From Eledone cirrhosa (taxonomy: Eukaryota), in assembly GCA_964016885.1 (NCBI GenBank), contig OZ024758.1, positions 7,440,001 to 7,504,000 of the forward strand: a stretch of DNA of 64,000 bases, read 5' to 3'. Shown in pieces: positions 1-14,360 of this stretch (its first letter is position 1; the number at the start of each line of letters is the position of its first letter). The notes under the pieces were generated by a model. It was not told the origin of the DNA, searched no databases, and worked only from the letters and a program-made list of their open reading frames with translations. The position numbers and the translations under genes are program-made.

Positions 1-100
1 ATATATGTGTATATATATATTTATGCACACATACACATTAGTATGAATTGTAAATGTCACAAATTAGTTTCACTTTCGAGACCGCCCGTCTTGACGTATG

Positions 101-143
<43 letters not shown>

Positions 144-408
144 GTATATATATATATATAAACGGAAAAAATGAAACGAAATTTCATTTCCCACTCTTAG
201 TACGGCTGTTACTTAAATATAAGTATGCACACGTACATACATATATGTATACATACGTACAGTAGTATGTATATATATATACATACATGCACACATATAT
301 ATATATATGTACGTATGGATTCACCGAACATTTATTATAATGCTCGGTGTGTTTGTAAACAAACATCCCGTATTAAGCCGTAGTGTCCAGCAACCATCGT
401 TGCTCGTT

Positions 409-497
409 CGTTCAACACTGACAAAGGAACGCTATACTAGTTTCAAGCTTATTAGCTATCGTCAGCAACGTATACCTTCCTGCCAGATTGTTGAACG
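409..497 (-). ncRNA. Type I hammerhead ribozyme motif with long extended stem I
   Basis: Minus strand reads acgttg-CTGACGA-t agct aata agct t-GAAA-CTAGT-A-tagcgt. Stem I is 6 bp with G-U pairs and extends to cgttcaaca/tgttgaacg. Stem/loop III is the palindrome ACTAGT. Predicted cleavage after GUA (position 435). Confidence 0.75.
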
Positions 498-524
498 TAT
501 ATGTGTACAATATATAGTATATAG

Positions 525-561
525 TGTAGTAGTAGTGGGAGTAGGAGTAGTAGTAGGAGTA

Positions 562-601
<40 letters not shown>

Positions 602-637
602 GAGGAGTAGGAGGAGGAGTAGTAGTAGGAGTAGTAG
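525..637. repeat. (GTA/GGA)n trinucleotide microsatellite
   Basis: Direct reading. Confidence 0.9.
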
Positions 638-729
638 AATATCGGTGGACGTGGAAAAGGAAAACAGTGCTTAATCAGGTAAGAGAGCTGATATATTATA
701 TATATTCTGTTCATACATTGGAATAAAGC

Positions 730-965
730 GTTTTCAGGGCATTTTAAGCTTGGCAGAGCCCATCCCTCTCTATGTCTAAATACAGCTGATTTCTTCCAGA
801 GAAGGATAGAAAGTGCGAGTGAGAAAGTGAGAATGGGGTAGAATCGACCACAGTATTAGACTGGTACTTTTTTATTAACTTTAAAAGGATTTGAACTCAG
901 AAAACAGAGAGCTGAAACTAATACGGCAATGCTTTCCATCCGACGTTCTAATGACTTTGCTAATT
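730..965 (-). mobile_element. Degenerate SINE (family 1, long-tail variant)
   Basis: actggtacttttttatt...ggatttgaactcag matches the family-1 core; tail resembles 51040-51130 and 54720-54830. Confidence 0.55.
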
Positions 966-2149
966 CAATGTCTACATTGTAAATGCCTTTTGTTATTTAA
1001 ATGCTAGATAAATTATACCGATCCTACATGTTATCTACGAGTAACCCTATAGAATTAATTATTAAAGTATTCCACATACAATTGCGAAATACTCTTCAAC
1101 GTTTCTAACGAAAGCAACAAACCTATTTTAGAATTATTTCGTTGGCTTTCTTTTTTACTATATTTTATTTCCTTAATATCTATTCCAAGATTTAATACTG
1201 AAGATTTAATGTTTTCGACCCACAGTGTAAAATATTCATTACAAAATCTCGAGTAGAATTTATTTGTATTTTCATTTTCATGTTTACACATAAAGAGCTG
1301 TTATAGCAAAAGTTTTACGAATGAAAACTTGACCAGAAGTCTTTGAAAACATTGCTAGATCAAGTATGCAACTTCCGACTATATAAAGTGAAGTACTTCT
1401 AAAACCCTTTTCTACTCAATTGCTTCTACTTAACTTGTAATTATCTCTCTTGTTTCCTTCAGAATTCCTCCTGTAAGTTTACAGTTTGACTTGAAGGGGA
1501 AGTGGTTGACTAACAATACATTTAATATGCACACGTAGTTCCTACCTACCAGTATTTAGTCTTGCTGTAGCTCGTTAAATTGATAGACTTAGTAAAGTAT
1601 GTCTGGGTTCAAATCACGCTGAAACCAGCTTTGTCTTCCCTCTTATTGGGGGTAAATAAATAAATAACCATTCCAGTACTGGTGGTGGTGTGGGGAGGGT
1701 CGATTATCTTTTTACTCTGTTACTCTGTTACTCTGTTACTTGTTCCAGCCGACAGGCTGAGACCATGCTGGGGCAAAACTATTCTCTTTTTTTTTCTTTC
1801 TGGATTATACCTAAATACAAGGGATTAGCTTGTCGCACAGTGTTGCTGTGTCGCGTTGATTCGACTTACGAATTACATTAAGAATACACGTGTCTATGAA
1901 ATAGCTAGTCGTTTACAGGTTAACTTTACGAGTAAGAAATCTTTTGTTTGAGAAACTGAATGCTCATGGCCGTGAATTTATTGTTTGTTTACATTTAAAT
2001 ATGTATCTCTCTGCTACTAACATTCACCACTAGTGACTGGCGTTCTGACGAGACTACTGACGTACCTATGGGATGATCACAAATTAAAATACCCATAGCG
2101 AGACTTGTCTATGCTAATCATACATAAAAATACTGCATAGTTCTACTGT

Positions 2150-2302
2150 TAACATGTGCGTGTGTGTGTGTGTGTGTATATATGTATAATCAAATAATAT
2201 ATATGTATTCATATATATAATGTATATGATGTAAATATATATATATATATATAACGTTATAATGTAAATATATATTAATATATATTTACATTATATCGTT
2301 TC

Positions 2303-2370
<68 letters not shown>

Positions 2371-2408
2371 CTGTGGGTGTTATAATGTAAATATATATTC
2401 ATACACAG

Positions 2409-2440
<32 letters not shown>

Positions 2441-2562
2441 GTATATATGAATATATATTTACATTATAACGTTATATATATATCTATATATATTTACATT
2501 ATATATGATACATTATATATATATGAATACATATATATATATATATATATATTTATATGAAT

Positions 2563-2622
<60 letters not shown>

Positions 2623-2624
2623 GA

Positions 2625-2670
<46 letters not shown>

Positions 2671-2877
2671 GAATACATATATATATATATATTTATATGA
2701 ATATATATATATATATATATTTATATGAATATATATATATATATATATTTATATGAATACATATATATATATATATATATAAATATATATATATATATTT
2801 ATATGAATATATATATATATATTTATATGAATACATATATATATATAAATATATATAAATATATATATATAACGATT

Positions 2878-2915
<38 letters not shown>
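2150..2915. repeat. Compound (TA)n/(CA)n microsatellite with a repeated tttatatgaata unit
   Basis: Direct reading. Confidence 0.9.
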
Positions 2916-3139
2916 AATTAGTGGTAATTATTTTTCTATTAATGCTCTGTTAATTACTCCTGCCATTATCATCAATTAGTCAAGTGCTAGATAATTGTTG
3001 TTTAGCAGTAAAATTGTACCTGAATTAGGTGATAGGGTGGAGGGCGGAGGGTGTCTTATCATGTCTGCTCAGGGCCGCCTTGGGCTAAATAATAACAGGT
3101 GAATAGCAATGTGAAACAGAGCAATGATGTTAGTTCAGA

Positions 3140-3264
3140 GATAGGGAGAGAGAGAGAAATAGGGGGGGGGGGAGAAAGAGAGGGAGAAAGTGGGTTGGGA
3201 GAAAGGGGGAGATAGGGAGAGAGAGAGAGAGAAGAGAGGGAGAAAGTGGGATGGGAGAAAGGGG

Positions 3265-3300
<36 letters not shown>

Positions 3301-3480
3301 GTAGGGTTGCGAAAGAGGGAGAGAGAGTGTGAGTAAGAGAAAGACTTAGAAAGAAGGGTTGCGAGAGAGAAAGAAAGAGAGAGAGAGAATGAGAAAGAGA
3401 GAGGGAGAAACAAGGAATGAGAAAGAGGGGTTGAGAGAGAGAGGGAGGGAGGGTGAGAGAGGGGGGTGAGAGATGGGGTG
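3140..3480. repeat. GA-rich polypurine low-complexity tract
   Basis: Direct reading. Confidence 0.85.
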
Positions 3481-4269
3481 TACGAGACTGATAGGCAGAA
3501 ACAGATGGATAAACATGCAGACAGTGAGATAAGTAATTATTTGTAAAGATAGAAATATACACATAGGGGCAGACATTGATAGAGATTAAGAGATAGCTCG
3601 GATAGAGTGATAGACTGATAGTTAATTATAACAAGAGAAAGATAGAGACAATAAGACAGGTCGAGTTAGATTTAATATAGAGATAGCGCTACATAAATTC
3701 TGACCATTAAACAGGCTAGCAGTTGAGATTAAGTGCTGATAACCTTGTTAAAACTTCTTCGTCAAATGACACGACGGTGGCCATTATAGATAGATGAATA
3801 TGACCCGATAGCGATTCTAATGAAAGGACAATTTAGGTTTTATAAAATCTACCGCCATGAGTAGTAGCAGACGGAAAGATAATAATGATAATATATATAA
3901 CAGGGCTCGTAGATAAATAAAATCTTACCATACTGATAATTATCTGATATTCAACCACAGTGATTAGTGTAGAGGTATGGTGAAAGTGCATTAGGCGTGC
4001 GGTTTGAAGGCGCCGTGTTCGAGCCATGTCAAACGTAGAGTATGTCTTCTAAAGCTAATTAAATCAGTCGTAGAACATTCCAGAATAAGTAGCTAGTTCC
4101 TGGTAAGAGGTAGAGCCAGATTTATCACTAGATGTCCAAATGATAGTGTCGTCACCTTAAATCTTTGAGTTAGCCGAAAGAAAAAAATATCTTATCTCAC
4201 TTTTTAATGCTTCCCATGTGTCTATACTCTCTGTGTTGTTCTTTATAATTTTAAATGACAAGAACAGTG

Positions 4270-4393
4270 TATTGACAGGGTAAGTAGAGCGTCGGACAAA
4301 TGCTTGGCAGTAAACAGTGGAACCTCGGTTCACGAACTTCGTTCCTTAATTCGTCACCCGAAATTATTTTTCCCATACGAAATGTTGAGAAGG

Positions 4394-4442
<49 letters not shown>

Positions 4443-4810
4443 GTGAAAGTCAGGTAGATATCACCGTAGTAACTAACTACACAGCCAGTGGCGCTTTCTC
4501 GCCGATGCTCCAAATGTATTGTCAACCCTTGTTACCGGCTTGCGTGTTCGTTACTCGAGACACCGTTCGTGTTCCGAGACGTTTTATGTTCGGAATAATT
4601 GTGCGTGGACCGATTTGTTCGTGACGCGAGGCGTTCGTGGACCAAGGTTCCACTGTATTTGTTTCGGTTCATTTCTTTCTGAGTTCAAAACCCGCCGAGG
4701 GTCAACTTTGCCTTTCATCCTTCCAGTGTTGGCAAAATAAAGTACCAGTTAAATACTGGGTTCGAAATATTCGACTATCTCCTTCCCTTGTACTAAATTA
4801 ACAAAGAATT
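4270..4810 (+). mobile_element. SINE family 1 copy interrupted by a MITE
   Basis: Head gtagagcgtcggacaaatgc lies before 4315; B-box gagttcaaaacc and core caactttgcctttcatcc...aaaataaagtaccagt resume after 4655. Confidence 0.7.
4315..4655. mobile_element. Tigger/pogo-like MITE nested in a SINE
   Basis: TIRs cagtggaacctcggttcacgaac / gttcgtggaccaaggttccactg, followed by TA. Confidence 0.8.
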
Positions 4811-4823
4811 ATTCCAAACGACA

Positions 4824-5042
4824 AGGGCGGTAGTTTGACGAAATCGTTAGAGCGTCAAACAAAATATTTTTGCGGTAGTTACGACCTTCTACCGTCTGAG
4901 TTCAAATCCCATTGATGTCAAATATACACTGCTTCCTTCGGGAGTTAATAAAATAAAGTACCAGTAATGCAGTGGGGTAGATATAATCGATTTTCCCATT
5001 CCTCAAAATTGCTGGCCTCGTGTCTATCCTAGAAACAATTAT
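4824..5042 (+). mobile_element. SINE family 1 (diverged)
   Basis: agggcggtag...ctgagttcaaatccc...taaaataaagtaccagtaatgc...gctggcctcgtgtc...agaaacaatt. Confidence 0.75.
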
Positions 5043-5397
5043 TTCAAATCACAAGCAGTTACAGTCACTTAATTCGACTTTTTAGCATTTGTACTCACTC
5101 TGGTGTATCTATTGTTATAACAGAACAGCTTTATCATCTTCGATTGAATGCAGGCAGATTCGATCTCATTCATAAATTATCTCTGAGGAATCAAAGTTTC
5201 GTATTTTTCTTTTATCATCTATGACTAATTGGTGAATAACAATAAATTATGAAGCATGATTTTTTTTATAGGATTAGAATTATTCGTTGTTTAGTTATAC
5301 AGTGAACCGAGTCATCTGTGGTCAACTGTTTTATTTTTAACCACTTTTTTCTAGCAGGATATGTATGCATAGTTTATCTATACAGATACAATACATC

Positions 5398-5950
5398 TGC
5401 TTAGTGGTTAGAACATTGGGCTTGCAATCGGAAGGTTGTGAGTTCGATTCTCAGACCGGGTGATGCGTTGTGTCCTTGAGCAAGACACTTTATTTCACGT
5501 TGTTCCTGTTCACTCATGTAGAAATAAATCACGACGTCAATGGTACGAAGCTGTATCGGCCATTGCCTTTCCCTTGGACAACATCATATAGGGTGTATAT
5601 ATATATAGAGTATAGAGTTTATATATAGTGTATTTAGAGAGTATATATAGAATATATAGAATATATAGTGTATATATATAGAGAGAGAGTATAGAGTGTG
5701 TGTATATATATAGTGTATATATAGAATATATAGTTTATATATAGTGTGTAAATATAGTGTATGTTGTGATGCCACTGGTGGCAAGCTGTATCGGCCATAG
5801 CCTTTCCCTTGGACATCATCTGTGGCGTGGAGAGGGGAGGCTGGTATTGGTGACTGCTTACCTTCCTCAAACAACCAGGCCTGGAGTTGTGCCTCGGAGG
5901 GAAACGTTAGGGGGGGGGGGGGAATCCGATGGTCATTTGTGACCGAAGGG
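5398..5950 (+). mobile_element. SINE family 2 (tRNA head + CORE-like domain), with a duplicated segment split by low-complexity DNA
   Basis: A-box tagtggttag, B-box gagttcgattc, then gtgtccttgagcaagacact. The segment gctgtatcggcca.gcctttcccttggaca occurs at ~5550 and ~5785. Confidence 0.7.
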
Positions 5951-6007
5951 GGTCTTTACTTACATCTGCTTCGAAATGTATTGAGGAACACTTACTTTAA
6001 TTATATA

Positions 6008-6544
6008 CCGTATTTGAGGCCTTATAAGGCGCATGGGCATATAAGACGCACCACAATTTAGGCAAGTATTTAATATATATATATATATAAGTGGGTGTAA
6101 ACTACGAATGGCAGGTGAAGGATATAAAATTTGTACATCGTATTTTTTTATTATCATTCTACATCGTAATTCTAGTTGTGATATTTTAGTACATTTTTAA
6201 AACAAAAGGAAGTGTGAAAATAAATTTACTTTATTCTCTACATCGTAGACTGGTGAAACATTGCCACTTAACTTTCTTCTTGACGTGAGTTATAGTATAC
6301 GAAGTATTAGTAAGTAAAGCTGTTATATATTGTTGCTTTAGAAAAGAGTTGCCATTGTTAGTGTAGAAGTAATCACCAACTTGTTTACATTTGTGGAGAT
6401 GTTTGTGGTTTAATTTAAGGGTCATTGCACCCCTAGAACTCCACTAGCCAGTAACACAACTGACCCTTGTCCTTATATAGCGCAGGGTGACTTTCTGGAC
6501 ATTTTCTGGAATAAAAAGTGAGTCTTATAAGCCGTCAAATGTGG
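6008..6544. mobile_element. Old pogo/Tc2-like non-autonomous DNA transposon
   Basis: Imperfect TIRs ccgtatttgaggccttataaggcgca / tgagtcttataagccgtcaaatgtgg with TA on both sides; ends resemble the MITEs at 21993 and 26311. Confidence 0.65.
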
Positions 6545-6639
6545 TATTTCGTTGGATTTCAGTTCTGAGTTGAACTCCTTCTCCTTGAGAATATTGCTTT
6601 TGAAAGACCATTATACCTTTCTGGAACGCAGACGTCCGC

Positions 6640-6900
6640 TTCTTCTTCTTCTTCTTCTTCTTCTTCTTCTTCTTCTTCTTCTTGAAAGGGTCGTAGAGGC
6701 AGAGTCCTCAAACACTGTTTCCAACGTGCCTTATCAGAAGCAACCGTTTCCAATTGATCAGGCTGGATCTCCAAATGAGACCAGCCGAACTCATGGATGC
6801 TATTCAACCATCTTGCTTGCTTGGGAACTACCCCTGGATCTTCTGTCGGTCGATTTTTGCCCGTAAAAATCTGTCCAGCGATTCTTCCCTGAGATATTCT
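6640..6900 (-). mobile_element. 3' end of an RTE-clade LINE with a (GAA)n tail
   Basis: Minus-strand translation RIAGQIFTGK...ARWLNSI...LEIQPDQLETVASDKARWKQCL resembles the RTE ORF C-terminus (recalled motif WExxAxDRxxWR), directly followed by the trinucleotide tail. Confidence 0.65.
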
Positions 6901-8084
6901 AAGCCCATGCCCATAATATCGGAGCTGTCATCTCTCAATCTAGCTACTTCTACTTAAGAATTGACTTGGAAAATATAAAATAAATCCATGCAAGAAATTA
7001 AGTAAAAATGAGGTATTTTCTGTCGGTATTGCTGATGGTTACAGTGAAAACAAAGCAAACTATAAATATACCTTAGAAATATAAACTTCAAAATTGGTAC
7101 AGACTGTGTAGTTAAGTAAAATAACTGTTTAACCTGTAGTTCATTTATAGGTAATCAAATTGTGATGATTTTATATGTACATGGTAATATATTTCCTTCT
7201 AAATGTCTAAGTCACCTCTTTGTATTTCCCTTAAAGTATCCTCACGCCATTCATGAGTTTCATATCAAATAATAATAATATTCGATTAGTTTGTAAGCAA
7301 ACAGCCTCATTACGCTATGTGTTTTAAATGACCATCGTCATCCTTTTGTTCTAGAGGTGACAGAGAAAAATAATCGACAATATTGTCAAGGTTGTGTATC
7401 ACTCATTAGAACTCTTGAGAATTCTAATTTTGTATTCTCACAGAATTCTCCAACAATTTCCCCAACAACGTCGCTTAAAAAAAGAATTCCAACCGAAACT
7501 TTAATGGCCGTGATATACGATTACTCATTCAATCTAGTGACCTGTTATTTTTCACTTACTTCTTCCTTCCCATCTTCATTTCATTCCTATTTCTTCTCGC
7601 ACGGTATTTATGAGAATAATTTGAAAAGCTTGTCTGGCTATAAATTTACAAAGTGAATGTTATTTAAGAATTTAGTCATTAACTTTATAAAAAAATATTC
7701 AAGACAATATTTATTTAAAGGAAAAGCATTTTACTTTCTCTTTTTCTTGTTAGTTTTATGAGACTACGCTACACGTTTATCAGATGCTCTTATTCTTAGC
7801 CTTAGTGTGATGAAGGTTTAAGTTATATTACAGAAAGGCCTTTACGATTCCTTCAGTGTTAGAATTTAGTATTGCTGAGTAAAACGCAGATTGTGCTATT
7901 TGAGAGTACATGTATTTACAAATGAAATTAAAGTGCTTTTGTCCTGTTGATCTCCTCCGATCAAAGTTGCGTTCAACATGTCTATGGTATATATATGATA
8001 ATCCGCATAAGAAGAGATATAATGATAAATGTATTAATATGTGCTTTATGAAAACATCAACATGCTCATATCGTTACAAAATAT

Positions 8085-8277
8085 AATTGTTTCTACTTTT
8101 GACACAAAGCCAGTAATTATCCTAGTGCATTACTGGTGCTATATTTTGTTAACCCCATAGGGATTAAAGGCAAACTCGACCTCGGCGGAATTTGAACTCA
8201 GTCCGTAAAGGGCCGTAACTCTACGCTGCAAAGCATCGCGCCCGACCCTCTACCGATACTGCCAATCCACCACCCTA
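8085..8277 (-). mobile_element. SINE family 1
   Basis: Reverse complement of the reference copy at 58881-59071. Confidence 0.85.
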
Positions 8278-8469
8278 TCGTTACAAAATATAATACTGCT
8301 GTAAAACATTAGTTAATATACACAGCATTTCTCGGTTAGGAACACTGAATAAAATTGGATGTTTTAAAATTAAGAGTTAGACTATAGATCCGCTCGCAAA
8401 TATAATTTTAAGGCAATTCACTGTGACTACATAAATAAACGTCAAGCTAAATATAATATAAATAAGAGG

Positions 8470-8560
8470 GTGCTGTAGTTTACAACCCCACCAAGTTTAC
8501 TTGGTGAGGAGGGTGATTTTGGACACCCTGCAGGACAAAAAACAAAACCTGACAAAGGGC
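8470..8560 (+). repeat. Interspersed repeat segment also present inverted at ~12490-12555
   Basis: ttggtgaggagggtgattttggacaccctgcaggacaaaaaacaaaac matches the reverse complement of gttttgtttttagtcctgcaggatatccaaagtcaccctcctcaccaag. Confidence 0.7.
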
Positions 8561-9005
8561 GGAAGAACTCATAAGAGTCAGCGGCCAACTAAAAAAAAAA
8601 TCAAAAAAAGATCCTGCCAAATCAATGGATGGCAGTAGTTACAGCTGCATCGAAAGACTGGTGTAGTGGTTCTGAGAACAATGCGGCTTTGCAGATGATC
8701 AATGCAAATTGACAATGGAAAGGGGCTCCCGCTCGAGTTAGAAGAGAATTATAGACCTTCAGGAGAAGCAGCGACCCCTGATTGTATTCAGCAACCGAAA
8801 CAAATATGAAGTATACCAAATCCAATGCTCCTAGGGGTGGCCCTGGTTCTTATTTGCGAGTGTAAACTCGGCCAGATTAAATATTAGATTAGTGTACAAA
8901 ACACTGCTATTTGGGGGCTACAGCAATAACAATATGGACGGTATATTTCAGAATAAATTGAGGGCAACAAAGATGTTGGTGTGTCACCTGTTGTTATATT
9001 TACCT

Positions 9006-9044
9006 GTCCTAATATTTCGAGTCTAAAACCTTTCGTCAGAAGAC
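9006..9044 (-). ncRNA. Decayed minimal hammerhead motif (family C-like)
   Basis: gtctt-CTGACGA-aaggttttagactc-GAAA-TAT-T-aggac. Stem I is 5 bp, stem II is poor; AATATT may be a CpG-decayed AACGTT. Confidence 0.4.
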
Positions 9045-9206
9045 TAAAATAAGAAACTGAGTTGGAGTCGTGCTATTGTTGTCGTTACCGGTTCACCACT
9101 TTTTACAAAACCTAACCGGTAACAACAATCCCACGGCCCCCTGTCTTGAAAGGCGGGGGATGGACGCACAAAAACCGTGTATCCCGAGAGCCTTAAATAA
9201 ACAAAT

Positions 9207-9395
9207 AATTGTTTCTACTTTTGGCACAAGGCCAGCAATTACCCAGTACATTACTGGTACTTTATTTTATCGACCCCGTAAGGATGAAAGGCAAAGTTAA
9301 CCTCGGCGGAATTTGAACTCAGAATGGCAAGGGCCGTAACTCCATACGTCAAAGCATGGCGTCCGACCCTCTACCGATACTGCCAGTCCACCGCT
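9207..9395 (-). mobile_element. SINE family 1 (young copy)
   Basis: Near-identical to 47626-47815 and 49579-49765. Confidence 0.9.
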
Positions 9396-10259
9396 CTTGT
9401 AAATAATAATCATTGGTTACGATATAACTCTGCTAAAATTGACTATTGTTGTTTTCCTAGTGACAAATACTGCAGATATGTAAAGGTTAAAATGAAAAGT
9501 TCAATCAATTTCTTGACGAAAAAACAAATCACTAACGTGTCCTGAACTAATATAAAAACAATAATTAAAATAAAATAAAATAAAATAATATAACAAATAA
9601 AAAGATTAAAACCATGTTTCTGTCGAAAGAAATTGAGTTCAATTTAACCTGGGTTAGATTGAACTTGATAAAATAATATTTTTTCTTTCATTTTTTTTTC
9701 CAATTTTTTTTTCGTTTCCATCTATATTTATTTATTTATATTAGTTTTGATAGTTTGTTGTTTTGTTCTATTTAATTTTTATTTTCTCCCTTCATTTAAG
9801 ATTCGATTCTGTGGTTATCTAGTTATCTCGGAGTTCCTCTACAAAAACAACAGCATTGCATTAACATACAACATTCTATCAATCTATAACACAATCAGGA
9901 CATGTTTTTTAATGTTGAGATTTAGTTTGTTTCGTTTTTCGGGGGGTTTTTTCTGTTCCTGTTTTTGCTTTTTTGGCTAATACGTGTAAAATAAATACGA
10001 TAAAATAATAAAAAATGTATTCCAAAATATAAATAATATAAATAATATAAATAATAGAAATAATAGACAGTGAGAATAGAACAATCTGTCAATGAATTTA
10101 ACTGCAAATTAATTGACGATGTTCGGGTTAGTGAATTCTGCACACCAAACTCAAAGATAGGTGATACACTACATTAAACAGCACTGATGGAATATCTGAA
10201 AAAAATTGAAACACTATGTAACTCCTTTATTCCACACAGATAATTATATGCTATGTCTG

Positions 10260-11349
<1,090 letters not shown>

Positions 11350-11479
11350 ATACGCAAAGACGAAATCCGGATCACATTACATTGCGTGTGTGTGGGTTTA
11401 TGTTTGTGTATACATATCCTTATATATATATATATATATGTGTATACATATATATATATATATAGTTTTAATATAGATG

Positions 11480-11530
11480 AGATTCTACAGGACTAGAACT
11501 GTTTCATTCATTAGAAATCATCAGGAATCT
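11480..11530 (-). ncRNA. Mirror hammerhead ribozyme on the opposite strand
   Basis: The left arm is the exact reverse complement of the right arm and retains the full core with a 6-bp stem I (agattc/gaatct). Confidence 0.75.
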
Positions 11531-11538
11531 GAGATTCA

Positions 11539-11591
11539 GAGATTCCTGATGATTTCTAATGAATGAAACAGTTCTAGTCCTGTAGAATCTC
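11539..11591 (+). ncRNA. Type I hammerhead ribozyme
   Basis: gagattc-CTGATGA-t ttc taat gaa t-GAA-ACAG ttctagtc CTGT-A-gaatctc. Stem I 7 bp, stem II 3 bp, stem III 4 bp; predicted cleavage after 11584. Confidence 0.8.
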
Positions 11592-11767
11592 ATCTATATT
11601 AAAACTTTTATACTCTGCTATGTATTGAGTACCTTACTTACTGTGGTTACCTCCGATTCAACCCGGAATAACGTACACATATATATATATATATATATAT
11701 AATCATATGTGCGTGTTTGCGGGAGCATATGTATACGTTTGTGTATACATATGCTTATATACATATA

Positions 11768-11817
<50 letters not shown>

Positions 11818-11828
11818 CACACATACAC

Positions 11829-11879
<51 letters not shown>

Positions 11880-11941
11880 TCTATATATATATATATATAT
11901 AATTATATGTGCGAGTTTGCGTGAGCATTTGTAAAAGAGTG

Positions 11942-11982
<41 letters not shown>

Positions 11983-12580
11983 GTGTGTGTGTATGCATTC
12001 GTTGATAAAGTGATTTTATCATTCGTTGATAAACTGTTTTTATCATAATTATTCTTTCTAAACGAATTCTAACGTTTTCCAGCTTTTCTTTTTCTACGGA
12101 TAAAAACATATCAATATTTTGTTAAATGTAATGATTCGATTGAGGATTTAGTGGTGACCAAATCACTTCCATTATAAATGACACAGAAATTGTAATCATA
12201 ATCCAATATATTTTCCGCTGTGTATAATGTTATTGCAATACGGAAACCAAAAAAGAAAAAGTAAATGCATTGATGTTTTGCTTCAACACTCACTAGAAGT
12301 TATTAATATACAATTAATGTATATGTATTACATCTAGTTACTATAATTACTACGAGTTGATAGAACAGAAATACAACAGAACTCTTTTCGTTCAGATTGT
12401 CTTCCTTTAAAACTCCAACATACGGCCGACTAGTTGGCAGAGATTCTGGTTAATGTATGTATATATATATATATGTATGTATGTGTGTTTTGTTTTTAGT
12501 CCTGCAGGATATCCAAAGTCACCCTCCTCACCAAGAAACCTTAGTGGGGTTGCCAGTTTAGTCGCCAACGACCCGACCAT

Positions 12581-12876
12581 GGTAAATATCATCTTGGTTA
12601 AGAGAGTGGGACTGGCTTTGTGCAGTGCCTTTGCTCACTATAAAAGCTTCACGGCACAGGCATTGCTTTATATCTGGAGATCTCTCTGCACTTGTCGTCA
12701 CATGGTACCAAGAGCCCAGCACTATGTGTCAATAATTGTCACAAGTGTAGTGTTTGTACCAGAGTTTTCAAGTCGCTGGCTGGACTAAAAAGTCACACTC
12801 GTTCATCGCATCGGTAAGGGTTCTCCTTCATGGATATAAAGTAATGGCCGTACTCGAAAACGAGTTGGCAGCCACT
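12581..12876 (+). mobile_element. 3' end of an RTE-like LINE encoding a C2H2 zinc finger, with a (TATG)n tail
   Basis: Frame reads CHKCSVCTRVFKSLAGLKSHTRSSHR*, then a short UTR and (tatg)n. Second copy inverted at 45308-45604. Confidence 0.7.
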
Positions 12877-13418
12877 ATGTATGTGTGTATGTATGTATGT
12901 ATGTATGTATGTATGTATGTATGTATGTATGTATGTATGTATGTATGTATGTATGTACGTATGTGTGTGTATGTATATATGTGTGTGTATGTATGTATGT
13001 GTGTGTATGTATGTATGTATGTATGTGTATATGTGTGTATGTATGTATATGTGTGTATGTATGCATGTATTTATATGTATGGTTACTCTTGAGTGCTACT
13101 GGTAACATGTAACCCAGTACAAACTGTCACATTCGGGCGGTGTCTTCATCGTGAATAGGTTGATGCACACCGTTCTACTGCAGACATCTTTGAACCAGAG
13201 ATTCTTCCTCCTCTTTTCCCTACTAGTATTGGAGGCCATGTAAAAGTCATTTGCACTTTCGTTGCCTCTTTGAAAAACATATAAACAAAACGTGTCAAAT
13301 TACGTACAGCGCTGGAAACGGTGTGATCAAAATTGTAAATTCTCACACGTGTAATTACTGATTCTAAATGATATTGTATCTCTTAAATGATCGTTTTCAG
13401 AATTGTTATGTGTGTGTG

Positions 13419-13452
<34 letters not shown>

Positions 13453-13944
13453 TAGTGTGCGGATGGGGTGGGGGGTAAAAGTAAGTAATTCCGAAGAAAT
13501 CTTACACTTTGTAACATGCTTGAAAATTAGCTAAAATGGCAAACTGTATGAAACAGATCCTTTAACAAGATAGATTCTGCACCTGTTAGAATAGATAATT
13601 TTCATCCCTACCATCCTATTTAAATCTTCCACCTTAGCCCATTTTTAAACATGATATTATGTGTAAAATGTCTTCAGAATTACACCACGAAAGCGTGCTG
13701 GAATAGATCGTATACATTTTTTAGAATAGATAATTTTTCAATTTCTACCATGTGTGAAAATTGACAATTTACCACACGATCTTAGAATTTTACATTGTAT
13801 CTCCTTTTTAAGCAAATAAGGTATAAAATCTATTTAGAAATGGTGTATATACGATAGCTGAAATCTAACCACACCCATTAAGAATATGTGTGATGTATAA
13901 AGTAACTATGTCCCTATAGATTCTAGAAATGTTATATTCAGTGT

Positions 13945-14360
13945 TATGTGTTGCTGGGACCATCTTGTGGTGTTGTGTGTTGCTGGGACCATCTTGTGGT
14001 GTTGTGTGTTGCTGGGACCATCTTGTGGTGTTGTGTGTTGCTGGGACCATCTTGTGGTGTTGTGTGTTGCTGGGACCATCTTGTGATGTTGTGTGGTGCT
14101 GGGACCATCTTGTGCTGTTGTGTGGTGCTGGGACCATCTTGTGGTGTTGTGTGGTGCTGGGACCATATTGTGGTGTTGTGTGGTGCTGGGACTATCTTGT
14201 GCTGTTGTGTGGTGCTGGGACCATATTGTGCTGTTGTGTGGTGCTGGGACCATCTTGTGGTGTTGTGTGTTGTTGGGACCATCTTGTGGTGTTGTGTGTT
14301 GCTGGGACCATCTTGTGGTGTTGTGTGGTGCTGGGACCATCTTGTGGTGTTGTGTGTTGC
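13945..14360. repeat. 29-bp minisatellite, ~14 copies
   Basis: Unit gttgctgggaccatcttgtggtgttgtgt with a few point variants. Confidence 0.95.

Larger units (their letters stand above)
11464..11670 (+). mobile_element. Palindromic hammerhead-bearing element, family A (Penelope-like/retrozyme candidate)
   Basis: Perfect 67-bp inverted repeat (11464-11530 / 11540-11606) plus tail tactctgctatgtattgagtaccttacttactgtggtta. Flanked by (TA)n; homologous to 35109-35330 and 44541-44731. Confidence 0.75.

Noticed and set aside
2045-2110. CTGACGA hammerhead core
   Set aside because: No downstream GAAA-stem III-UH arrangement.
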